From positions 1,083,204 through 1,147,203 of the forward strand of contig NW_003526944.1 of the NCBI RefSeq assembly GCF_000181795.1: a stretch of 64,000 nt of DNA, read 5' to 3'. Below, one piece after another: positions 18,901-31,179 of the stretch. Source of the DNA: Trichinella spiralis. Its lineage: Eukaryota. The stretch's first letter is position 1; the number at the start of each line of letters is the position of its first letter. A program made the position numbers and the translations under genes. The notes under the pieces are model-generated. The model was not told the origin of the DNA. It searched no databases and saw only the letters and a list, made by a program, of their open reading frames with translations.

Positions 18901-21900
18901 TGCCAAAACTGGCTGCAAACGCTAGTGGATATTCTCCAAAGTAAGCCAAACCTGATATTATTTATAAACGCGACAATTATCACAAAATGACAGTTTGTTC
19001 AATTGATTGATTTAGTTTATAAATATACATGTATGTATGTATAAATTCCAAAGCTACCTTCATATTGTGTAGATTCTTTTGCGGCGCTGGTGCCATTTTC
19101 ATTCGGCCAGAAAAATCTTCCCGTTGCACGCTGTACCGCACTGGCTCCACACTGCAACAACAAGCAGGCTGTGTCATAGTCATTGTGCAAAATTGCCAGA
19201 TGTAAGCAGCTTTGTCCTGGAGAAGTGAATTGGTGAAAGCGTTGAGTGAAAATAATACTTGTCAAAATGAAGTAAAATAAACAAAAGCAAACAATTTCTT
19301 GTTTATCAAAACAACTCACCGTACATTTCTTCATCTTCGTATATGTCGAGAGATAGATGCGGATATTCGCAAATTAATATTCGAGCAATTTCAGCTGATC
19401 GTTGTTCGTTGCTTGACAAAAGCAGGTGGGCCAGAGTTTCTCCTTTCACCTGAATTTCATTTTTTAAAAAACAATTTTCTACAGTATATTTTCCCTTTCA
19501 CTTACCCCTCTTCGATTCAATTTCCACAGTGCTTGATGTTCTTGAAATTGAATACTTTGCATAATTTCTTGATCTTTGTCTTCTTTTTCAGCATTTTCAT
19601 TCAAATTTGTACTCTGTAATGAAAAATAAAAATAGCGCCTAACTAGGAACAAACCAGAAATTCATTCCATTGTCTCTAATGTGTACAAAATTTAAATGAA
19701 AATTTTTTAAAACAGTGACGAAATTTTTTCATAATTGCCATGGAAACAACTCTTGGTACTCCCGTACAACTTCAGCGCGTTATGGACGCTAGATTTAGCA
19801 GATGTTATTATCACAATGGCTTATTTCTATTCTCTCTCTCTCTGTTCACTGTAAAATCAATACAGCTAGTTGAAGGTGAAGAAAAACCAGATCACGCGGT
19901 AAAGTCGAATTTAAATTTTTAAGCTGCACTGCTTCCATTTGTTTCCAAATCCCACCCGCCTTTATTTCCGCCTCCACTTGAAATTTCTGCTTCAATTGCA
20001 AGCTGAAATGTGTGCACACTAGCACAGCACCACTTTACCGTGGTCTCTTGTTTTCTCATTATTGTTCAACATTGGTCTATATTTCTTTTTTCTATTCGAT
20101 GATTTGAATGATTTTAAATTTTAAAATTGAAATTTTTCAACTACATACAGTTGGCATAAAAGAAACATAAAATTTAAATATAATAACAGTTTAATATTGG
20201 GATGAAAAAACAACCACTGATAGATAAATTTGTAAACTTTTTTTGAGCTCTTTTTGCAATCAAAAAAGCACACCTTTTATTAAAAGTGATGATTTTCCTT
20301 TTTTATACTTTATGATCTTTATCTGTATAGTACTGTATAGCCATAATAATTAGAATAACTGTTATTTTATTTAAAAAATTTTTTCAAACTTAAAACTTTT
20401 CCATAAATAATTCATTTATGTTATTGTTAGCTGATTGAAATAGCTCTTTTTTTCTGTGAATATTATAGAAATATAAAAAGGATAGATTTTTCTTGTTTTT
20501 TTTTGATAGAATTATTTTCAACTTGGTCGATGGTAAGTAATTACATTTGAACAAACAAAAGCATCTGTTTCATCTGTAGAGAAATAAACACACCGTGTAA
20601 AAATATCTTGTTTATATATATTCATATATTGATATGCACAAATTTTTTCTACATTAACTTTTGATAGATTTACAAAATGGGTAGCTGATATTTCACAACT
20701 GAATTTGAATGACTCTGTTGAATCAGGCAATTTCTGAAGATCCAAGTGTTCTTACAATGTCTGAATAATTATTGCACTGTTCAATCAGAAATGAATTTAA
20801 TTTCAAAATTGTTCCTCAAACGGTAAACACGTGGCAAAGTAAATTTATAATTTCATTTCATGCTTTATAATTTCACTGCTTAATTGATTTTTTGGTCTTT
20901 CGGTGCTTAATTTTATTCAGCTTACTGAATTGTGATAATTATGAAACAACAAGAACGAATGAAACTTTCACAAGTGCGTTTAAATTTATTGACAAACTTT
21001 CCGGTATTCATTTGTTGGAACCTTCTTTGAAATTCATGATGTTGAAATAATTTTTCGAATAAACAATATACCAAATGAAGAGAAGAGCGCTTGGCCAGTG
21101 GAATGAATATTTGCAACGTAATGGATCGTAATGGGCATGTGATTTAATGATTACTCAATTCAACGTCATTCAATAAATATTATCCTTATCGAATTTGAAA
21201 TTAACTCATTTTTTTTGTTTGTCTGATTTTATGGGAAAAATGCTCTCCTTTTTTTCCCCTTAAAAAATACTTGTCATGTGAACAATTGAGATTCAACTTC
21301 TCAAATTCAACATTCTGTCGTGTAGATTAGCCTTTGTTTTTGGTCGATATGTGGGATTCTATTAATAAATATAGTTCAGTTGAAATTGTACGTATGTGTA
21401 AAACAAAATATTGAAGTGGAATATTACTATTATTATTATTATTATTATTATAAGCTAATTCGGTTGAACGTGTACTGCAAGAGTTGATCGGCAATTTAGA
21501 GCTGTTTCATGGCATATTTATAAGCAAATAGAAATGCATTAATATTTAAATATGATCGTTGAATTGGACAAGTAAACAATCGATGACCACCATTCATTCA
21601 AAAGTATAAAGTTGCTGATGGCTAATTTTGTGAATTGGTTTTCTATTTATAAATAGTTTCCGGTGGGTAATACAAAATAAATAGAGATGAATCGAAAAAA
21701 AAGTAGCAAATAATAAAATAGATTTAAAAAAAATTATTATTACCATAAATTTACGCCATTTGATGTAGTCAATTTCACGAACAATCTCGGGGTGTTGTCC
21801 TTCGTTGTGCAGCATGGGGACGATTTTTTCCTCCGCAAAGCGCAATACTCCATCACGACCTTCTTGTTCGTAAATTTCAATTAAAGATCCAGCTATAAAA

Positions 21901-22096
21901 ATGAAATATCCAATGATGAATTTAAAAAAAAACAGTTAAAAAAAGATAGCGCGAGAAATGATAGAAATTACGTACGCTTTTTGCGTTGCAGCCATTTGTA
22001 GATGTTGTTACGTTCATATTCACGTGATAAATTTGTCCACTTGCTGTCCGGGTCGGCTGGTTTGCGGTCATGATAGCGCTTCCAAAAGAACCTCAT
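15943..22096 (-). CDS. osm-9: TRPV cation channel, OSM-9/Inactive orthologue
   Basis: Exons (minus): 22096-21976, 21892-21744, 19613-19506, 19449-19320, 19216-19058, 18951-18797, 18731-18588, 18487-18406, 18329-18214, 18159-17932, 17840-17689, 17538-17429, 17290-17148, 17096-16935, 16881-16693, 16623-15943. OSM-9-like N-terminus [21 protein letters not shown]. Ankyrin repeats [20 protein letters not shown] and [10 protein letters not shown]. Also [19 protein letters not shown] segments, [18 protein letters not shown] and [12 protein letters not shown]. The start codon is uncertain and one acceptor is non-canonical. Confidence 0.92.
19734..19747. promoter_or_regulatory. Candidate X-box (RFX/DAF-19 site) in osm-9 intron 2
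   Basis: ATTGCCATGGAAAC fits the RTHNYYWTRRNRAC X-box consensus and lies in a ciliated-neuron channel gene. Confidence 0.4.
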
Positions 22097-22816
22097 TAAA
22101 TGTATCCGACGAGAAGAACGACCTGTAGGCGCTTGTTGCCGGCACTTTTCTCCTTGAGCATTTCCCAACCCAAATGGGTATCACTTGGTCAGTGTCCGAA
22201 GGGCTGGATGATTGGCGCCAACAAACTAGCGGCGGCGCCACCAAGGCTGGTGGTGGTGGTGGTGGTGGTGGGGATGTTGATGTCGACTGCTTCGGTGCAT
22301 CAGCTTCGGCCGCTTTGAATTTTGAAAAACTGAAAATTTCCAACTGTCCACTACTACTAGTATTATCCGGCCGAGAAAGTTGCACGCAGTGCATCAAGTG
22401 CGCAGCGGAAAATTGAAATTTCCCGTCAACATCGACGAAATGCGCGGCGCCAGTAGTCAAGGGAACCAACCAAACGCCGAGTTTTCAACCTCTGCCGCTT
22501 GTTAGCGGTGCTTGTGCTTCAACTTTGTATTATTACATTGAATAATACAATGGAGAAATAAGCTCCACTGACAACCGCATGCGGATCGATCGCTAGCACC
22601 GACTAGCCAGCTATAACTTCAAATCTCGTCGTCGCTGAGGTAATATCAATTTTATTGACTCGCTGCTGGTCAGTCAGTCGACTCTGCTGCTTCCATAGTT
22701 GCTGCTAAAGCTTTTCGTGACGAGTGTCGTCAAGCCGCTTCCCATTATTATTGTCATCTAAATGTCATTTAAATAGCATTTAAATTTTTCAAAAAGGATA
22801 ATACAACAACTACTTG

Positions 22817-22850
<34 letters not shown>

Positions 22851-25199
22851 GAATAAATACTATATTTTTCCTCTTCAATCTATTTATTTATTTATTTTCC
22901 TTTTCTCTTCAACGTCGTCAACATTTGTTATTGGAAAATTTAATTTTTTTAACATTTAAAAATCTATTCTTTAAAAAAAATTAATATATATCCTGTCGAT
23001 ATTTAATATTTATTTATTTTTCTTACAACAAATTCAAAATGCCCAGAAAAATTTGACACTGATTAATTAATTAATTGAATCAAACCAGGCCGACCATTGA
23101 ACGAACGAACATTGTTCGATTTAAAATTTCTTGCTGCTTTTTAATGCATATTTTCATCTGATCGATTGTTCTTACTTTCACTTGCAAAAATTATAATTTA
23201 ATTACTGATTTCCCTTTTTTTTGTTTTCTTCTCCATCTCGTTCAAATTTTTGCATCAAACTAACTATGCGCATCATTACTAGAATGGATAATCGGCTTTT
23301 GACAATTAGCTATCAATTGTTTGTTTGTTTGTTTGTTTGTTTGTTTGTTTACACTTTTACACTGATTTGTTCACTTTTTTCAACTATTAATCTTCTAACC
23401 AATTAATTATGTGACATTTATACAGATTTTAATCCAAGATTCAGAGATTTTCTTCTTGACTAATTTTTATGTAAAATAACAAAAAAAGATGTGTGTATAT
23501 ATAGAATTGTTGTTTGTCATTAGTTATCATTTTATATTGTTGTTATTCAATGATAATAATTTTTAAAGTTAACTTTACAGTTTTCTAAAATTATCACTTT
23601 AGTAGTTAGTATACTTTGGTGACAGCATATAATGGAATAATTCAGAAAATAAATAATCTATTTTTACTTTTCAAAGGAAGCTTTCAAATTTAAGATGAAT
23701 GAATATAAATGGGAATTTTTTTTAAAGTCATTAGTTTAGAAAATTTTTACAAAAATAAAATTTGACAGCTATTTGTCAAATTTTTACCACATGTAAGTTG
23801 TAATAGTTAATATGTGTATGGAGAAATGATGTTTTGTTTTTCTAATCATTTATTATCATTAACAATTTGTCTGCTTTGAAATTTCCATTGAAAGAAAAGC
23901 ATATTTGATTGAATATTGCTGCTGAAAAATTTGTACATTTTTACTACTTTTCTTTTCAATTGTTATCATAACAATCGCTTCAAATAGTTGATTGATTGAA
24001 ATTTTTCCGCTCACATCTTATTTACACAGCAAGCTTATAAACTTAAATTAAATAGAACTGTTGTTTACTTACTTGTACATGATATCTATTTTCTATTTAT
24101 TAAATTCCATTATCAGTATCTTTATCTAAGATCAGCTTGCCATGCAATGGCTTATCATACTTCACCTCAATAAAAGCATTAGAAATTTATGGTGCATTGG
24201 ATCTGTTGAGCTAAATGTAATTAGTTATTCATGCTCAAAGGTGCAGTTCAGCGCTGGTAAATAACGGTATAAGAACATAAGTCCCGTATGGAATGGATAA
24301 AATATGGAAACTATTTGTTTGTTTGTTTGTTTATTCGTTCATTGGGCTTTTCTGTTTCATGCTGGCAATTGACGTTTGAATAATTGTTTCTTTTTTTTCA
24401 CTGTTGCAGTTTTGCATGTTCCATCATGTATTTCTTTTACTTAAATTGCACTGAAATGGTGAACAAATGACAAATGCATACTTAACAGTAGAGTAACTGT
24501 TATGCTACGCGAAGGTTGTTACTCAAATCTGTCAGTAATTGAGCGCTCGTATGCTTGACAAACGTAACTTGCAATAACGATTTAGTGAACATTACTTCAA
24601 GCAATTGTAGATAGAATAGCAGTAGAACAGTAGGATTTCAAATATTTAAAGCAGGTGGAGAATGGAGAGACGAAAAAAGGCTCCATCTTTGAACGTGAAG
24701 CTTCATTCCTTTAGACAAAAGAGAATGCGAGCTTTTTCCATGCATTTATTGACTGAGCTTGAGCCACAACGACTGCCGTTTGATAAAAAGCATACATAGC
24801 CCAATTTTCCATAGGTGATTGAATATTAGTGATACATTTTGTTGGTGACGCTCTGAAAACATTGATGATTTAAATGATAATCATTAGATGCTTTTTCTAT
24901 TCGGATATTTTTGTTTCTTTGAACTAATCCAGATATTTCGTCAGTTTATGCGAACAGTGTTGCGTTTATTTCATTATGATCGTCAAATTCTGAACCGCAA
25001 AGCATACACCAGACAGATTTCTTATTCAAAAGGGAAAAACTATATCTAGAAATTTTTCTCTAAGACAATATGTTTCGCAAATCATATAATAACCTATAAA
25101 TAATTAGATTTCTGTGTTATTCATTATAATAATTGTTCTAGTTAGACAGCGATCAGACATTTGAATAGTTCCTACGCAATTCATTTATTCAAGAAACTT

Positions 25200-28100
25200 C
25201 GAGCACCATGCTAGATAGAAGATGAACACTGCCGACGGCATTTTACTAAAAGCTTTTTGTGCCATTCATATCCGGAAGCGATTTCCTATATGCCGCTCTG
25301 TTTATTCTTGAGCGATTATTATATAATTATTCGCTCAAGAATTACCGTCTAACTGCTGCGCTAGGCAATTATTCATTTTTGGTGCGTCATTTCAACGAAT
25401 ATGGTTCTGGATATTTGGCTGAAGATACGATCAAATCAATGACCACCAGCTGGACAATTTCACGGCTCTACGTTTGTTTCATTCCTCATCACCAGCATGC
25501 CATTTTACAGGTATGAAGGTTTACATCTTTGCTAGCTTTCACTTACTTTTCTTTTTTTCAAACCATTTTCCGCATGTGCACTGCATTAATTGAAGCTCTG
25601 CCACTTTGGTCAACTCTCCTAACTCTTCCAAATTTCATCTTTTGTCATTTTAAGCTAGAACCTTTTTAGTTTAATGTCGTTCAAAAAACAAACTCTATTG
25701 TATAAATGGCACGGTTGATTAAATACTTGTTTAATGAATTTCAAACTATTAAACTTTTTAAAGATAAATCTGAACTAAACGTGTTTATTATTTTATATTA
25801 TCTGAATGCATTGTTTTATTGCAAATGTGATGCAAAGGCCTTGAAACATTTTCATTTCGTGAAATATGGTGATTTTTCAGTTTCTTATTTCACTATATTT
25901 CGGTATAAGTCAAAAATTGTGTATTTGAGTTGCCTTTTCTTTTTTTCATTAAGCAAATTTTCATGTTGTCTTTATTTTTTCTCAGTTTATGTTATTGCTT
26001 AAATGTTTTTGTGTGAAATAATAAGATATCATGAAGTTTAAATGATGCAGCAGTTTGCGACAGTCACTTTGTGAAAAACGCTAATACTTAAAAGGGTACG
26101 TTTTTCCCATCATTTGAAAATACCTTCACCTTTACAGATGTCAATACTGATAAATTTAAGACAGCGCCTGATAATTATGCGCGTTGGTTGGGTGAAGGAA
26201 GGCGATACCCTATTTAAAAGCATTTACCTTCCCCATCATGCTAATTCCACGTCCTGCCATTTTCCCTTATATCCCTGATCAGTCCCTCCTTACTGGCGAC
26301 GTCCATCATTGAGCTATTAAAGGCTCCAAGAAGAACAGGGACCACCATAATTTGTAGATTATTCCCACTCCCCCTCCTCCCTCCCCCCACCAAACGCCAT
26401 TTTTACTTGAACGGAGAACGTTCAGTCATTGTGGCCTCAGATGAACCATAACATCCTTCTCATCTATTGTACATCCCTGATTCTTTTACATAGAAGAGAG
26501 CAATATCTCAAAATAGCAGAATTTTATATGAACTCCAACAATAACTATTCATTTCGGGTTTGAAACTGAACCACGGATGTGTTTTTTCTTCATTTTAATT
26601 TGTATTCTACATTTGACAATTAGCACTACACTATTTCTATTGTAATGTTTACCATGAAGAGTTTCCACTTCTACCTAAAGTAATTTTAAATCTCAAAATT
26701 TATCACGTATTTTATTCTTCATCTACTAAAAGCAATTTATTATATTTTGATTCTTTTTTATAGCAAAAATATATTTCATGCTGTGTAATTGATAGCATCC
26801 CATCATACTTTCAAGTAGATATGCTCAGTTAACGCAATTGCATTTGAAATTATTATTTGTAATTTCCATTGCTTCTGGTTAACGGATTTTCATCTAATTT
26901 TAGTGAAATAAATTTGCATAATGATGCCATTTCATATAATGTGAGATGTGTAAATAAAAACGTAATAGCAGTCGTCATTTAATATAGTTGTTTGCTGAAC
27001 GTAACACTAAGCTATTACGGACGAAAAATTAGGTTGTTTCACCTGAGGTAGTGGAATGTTGATTTGCATTATTTACTTATTGCCCTCTGCTTCAGAGCAG
27101 GGCCTTCATATTTAGTTACTCAGTTTATTGCCATGAAAGCACGTTGTCAAGTAAAATTCCGCTCTTCAATGCTATCTTTGAATGAGTAGTTATAGTTGCA
27201 TTTGATATTGTGATGAGGGAATTGCATGCTTGCCCGTTACATGACATTGCAAATGTCCATCCCCATTAAAATTACTTTTCTTTCAGTTATTCTTACTAAA
27301 TGCTGAATGGGAACATGTACGTATTTGAGCTGCTTATTTTGAAATATTTACAATAATACAATTCAGTTTTAGAATTTACAGATTTCTATATTTCCATCGA
27401 GCGATATGAAGCAACGGGATTGCGGAAAGTAATTCAAGGAGACAGCTATGCAGCATAAAGATTCTGATAGAGTTTTTTTGAAGTAATGCTTAACTTTTGG
27501 TTCTGAAAATATGAAATTGAACAGCAATTTCAAATGCACAGAAGTTTCAGTTTATTAATTTTAAAATATTCTTTAATAATAATAAGATTGTCGGTTAGCG
27601 GCAGCATTTGCACTGTATCACTTTGATCCCAACTGTAGCGTCGATATTAAGTTGTCATGTAAGTATTATCATAGATCGGTTGCTCATAATCCCAATGTTT
27701 TATATTCGAACATTATTTTTGAAATATAATTTTTTAGAGCTAATATAAACGGCCCTACCTAACTGCTGACTGACTGCTCCCTTCCCTTCACTGATAGAAA
27801 AAGGTAAGCAATGCTATAATGTCACTACTATTTCGATAACTTTACGTACTATTCGTATGAATTCAAAATAAGAATAGTCTTTTCCGTAATGTTTTGTTAA
27901 TTCTCACTGCTACAAGTTAACGGATTTTCATGTAATGTTAGTGAAATAAATTTGCATACGAATGAAATTTCACATAATATAAGGTGTGTAAATAAAAGCG
28001 TTATAACATTACGTATTCAGCATGTTCTTGATAATTATATTACTGCGCTATAGCTGAAGGAGAATTAGGTTGCTCTGCTTGGGGCAAAGTAGTCTATATT

Positions 28101-28450
28101 ATTTGCATAATTTACTTACTGCACACCATTGCAGAGTACTTCGTTCGTATTTAGTTGCTCCGTTCAGTGCAATGTCAACAGGCGTTACGTGGTCAACTAT
28201 AATTCCGCTCTTTTATACCCTCTATGAAGAAGCAAGCAGTAAGTCACATTCGGTATTGTGGTGCGGGTACTTTATGCATGTTTTTTTGCATGACTTTACA
28301 AATAAGGTGAACGCAAACTAATGGGGGTATCTCCATCTATATTTCTAATGCTAATTTTCAGATACTCCAACCAGATTCTGAATGTAAGTTTCTATTATAC
28401 TCAGATATCATTAATTCAGTTTTAGTATTTAGAACATTTCCCATTTGCAT
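25200..28450 (+). repeat. Left arm of a diverged ~3.2-kb inverted repeat (modules A-C-B-B)
   Basis: Collinear, by-eye similarity to the reverse complement of 33590-36750. Examples: GATGAACACTGCC..GTGCCATTCA..TCCGGAAGC, TTAACGGATTTT...TGTGTAAATAAA and TACGTACTAT..GAATTCA. Contains an internal direct repeat at 26879-27255 and 27917-28300. Confidence 0.8.
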
Positions 28451-29412
28451 CAATCAATATGGAGCCGCAACATAAAAAGGTTGTAAATGTGTAAACATTT
28501 CATTATTTGACAGTCACTTTTCATTATATTTGCCCAACAAGTAAGTAATGCAGTAATGTTACTGTTGCCTTTATGACTCCATTGCAAATTTTATGAACTG
28601 AAAATACGATTTGTATAGAAGCTTATAAGAAACAGCCATATTATAAAAAGTAATTGAAGATGAATAACAGTGCATCAATCATTTTCAAATTCTATTCATT
28701 TCCTAGTTTAATATTTTATTTGTTTACTTATTTAACATTTTTAGTTTATCTCCTTGTCGAGTTCTAATCCATACCGTCCTCTTCGCCTGTGTAGTGCGTC
28801 AACAGTAAGTATTTTTGTGGTTTTAGTTTTTCCCTAAGATACGTCAAAGCAATCAAGCAGTTTTGGTTACCTTATACCTAACTCCTGCTACTATGTTCGT
28901 TCGAGTTAGTATAAATGTGTTGAAGACAGGATATGACAAAAATTAGTAATTTTAATGAATCTTTTCTTAATAGCAATGGCAAAAAAGAATGGATGCCTGC
29001 CCCTTTTTTCCTTTGTCGTCTTCCTCCCGAATCTGTTCCAATCCCTGAGCTTGTTGTTGTTGTTGTTGTTGTTGTGTTGCTGTTGCTGTGAATGCAAAAC
29101 AACCAACAAACTGAGAAATGTACAAAGTTGAAATATAACAAAACAAAGAAAAGGAGAAAAGAAAAAAGAAGAGTTGAAAGCTGCCAGCCATAAAGAACTG
29201 TTGTGGGCAAGCAGATGAAGAAGAAACGTAAAAAGTCATCCACCGCATCCTTTCCAACAGTATCTCACAGATGGAACTTACTGTAGTAGATCATAAAAAA
29301 ATGGACGCGAGCAGCTCAGCGATCAAAACAAAACAAAAACATAGAAAAGAAACAAACTGTATATATGTATATTAATACGACACGCATGGGATACTGTTGT
29401 TCGGTGTGGCAT

Positions 29413-29853
29413 TCAGGAAGATTTCAATACGTCCCGAGACGACACACGAGAGCTGGCGCTGCTGGTGGGACGAGAGCCAGCAGGGCGCGGTTTGTCCTCG
29501 CCTGGAACCGCGCTGGCGTTGTCGGCAGCGTCGTTAACTGTAGCCGCATCGTTTACGACTGTTGTCGCGTCGCTAGACGTGCCTGCCGCCCTCTCTGCCA
29601 CGCCCAGCTTCGCCATGTCTGCGTATGTGAGACGCTTCCGATCGGCAACTTTCACGCTGTTTTCAGTCGCTGTCTCTTCGTCATTGTTGCTGTTGTGAAC
29701 TTTCTTAGCTTTCGACGTCTTGGCATTATCACTTGTACTGCCGCCGCTGTTGATCGTCCACCTGTAAATGACCAATTTGTACAACTGATTAGTTTTATCA
29801 GTGGCTGCTATGTCTCTGACCACGCTGGTACGTTTAGTTGTTGATGAGTACAT
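29413..29853 (-). CDS. Orphan low-complexity ORF (146 aa), spliced upstream; gene or gene fragment
   Basis: GC-rich ORF MYSSTTKR...RKRLTYADMAK...RDVLKSS. It is preceded by a GT-AG intron (29948-29855) and an in-frame open upstream exon. No domain recognised. Confidence 0.4.
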   Translation of the reverse strand: MYSSTTKRTSVVRDIAATDKTNQLYKLVIYRWTINSGGSTSDNAKTSKAKKVHNSNNDEETATENSVKVADRKRLTYADMAKLGVAERAAGTSSDATTVVNDAATVNDAADNASAVPGEDKPRPAGSRPTSSASSRVSSRDVLKSS

Positions 29854-30121
29854 TCTAAATGTGGCATCGCAGTGTTGATTCAGTAAGTGCATGTTTTATT
29901 CATAATAATTCCTAATAATAATCATATTAAAGAAGTACAAAGTCTCACCTGATGATGAACCGCGTTAGTTTGGTTCGCCGTCTTCTCAGTGTAGTTTTAC
30001 TGATTATGAATTGTAAGTAATTTATATTTGTTGTCATTGAAGCATATTATGAAGTCCTTGGTGATGCTACTCCGTGATAATGGAAGTTGGTCATATTATT
30101 TTTGAAAGCAATGGATTAGAG

Positions 30122-30373
30122 TCGGTATCCTGCCATTGTCGCAGTTCGAATTAGCATCATTGCGTTCTCACAAACGGTATGTGCTATACTTATTGTTCAT
30201 CACAACAGATTATGTTAACACAATTAATTTTGGTTTCTGAATATATCTTGCCACAGTGATAGAATGATTTGTTGTGAATGCGTTCCAAGGGTGGTATGAA
30301 AAAAAACCTGTATGTATTGAGTTCTTGCTAGCAATGGATTACGTTAAAACTATCGAAGACGTGTGAAATTTGT
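30122..30373 (+). pseudogene. Degenerate PHD-finger coding fragment
   Basis: Pieces appear in PHD order: SVSCHCRSSN (30123-), then after an acceptor at about 30256 DRMICC/A(F)QGWY(E)K/TCM, then KTCEIC (30356-30373). Frameshifts and stops interrupt the C-x-C...C-x2-C-x4-H-x2-C...C-x2-C pattern. Confidence 0.45.
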
Positions 30374-31179
30374 ACTGATGGCTCCCATGTTGGTTGAAGT
30401 GGCTATGAAGGCGTTCCACGCAGCTCACAATGCTGATGTACGTTGAAAACGAAAAGTGTTTTTTGAGACAACATTAAATGCCAACCATCGAATTAAGTAA
30501 GTTGCAAATTTCTATACTATATGAGGCAATGAGATGCACTGTTATTTGTCTTCAATTACTTTTTATAATATGGCTGTTTCATATATATTTCATTATTGTG
30601 CTGAGATGCTTTGCATGCTTTTTCATTCAAGAACTCAATCAGCAAGAGTTTTATGCTGCCACGGTGACTGCTCTCATGGCTCGTCATTTTGAATGAAAAG
30701 TATGTTAACAGATATTCATTTTTTTCTTCAGCTTTCATTTTAAATTTTTTCATTTTAAATTTATTGGCATGACTGATTCATAAATTTGCATTTCAGGTGT
30801 TGTGGATCGCCGCCAGTTGTTCCAATCGCAGTCAAGTTCCAATCCAATGCCAGTTGAAGTTCAATCCTTTAAAGTTCAAAGGTTGGATGGATGGATGGAG
30901 TTTCCATAGTTTGCATCTAACAGGACCAGGTAAGTAGTGTTGTCGAACTGTTTTAGTCTGCACACTTTTGGTTTTGAACATTGAGTGAGGTTCACTCGGT
31001 TGGTTTAAGGTAAGTTCTTTGTATGGATGGAGTTCTCATTCTGGTTGCATAATATGAACTCCATCTAAACACCCAGATAATTTATCAAAGCAAACCCTTT
31101 GCATTGGAGCCTTAATGGGCGGCATTAAACGTGAACACTTGATAACGCATAGCCAGAGTCTAAATGCTTTTACCCATGG

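Noticed and set aside
22068..22469. Pro-rich ORF upstream of osm-9
   Set aside because: It is out of frame with osm-9, has a non-ATG start and is driven by (CCA)n. It is probably 5'UTR or promoter.
27044..27065. let-7-like TGAGGTAGT
   Set aside because: Only the first 9 nt match, no precursor hairpin is evident, and it is not kept in the other B-module copies.
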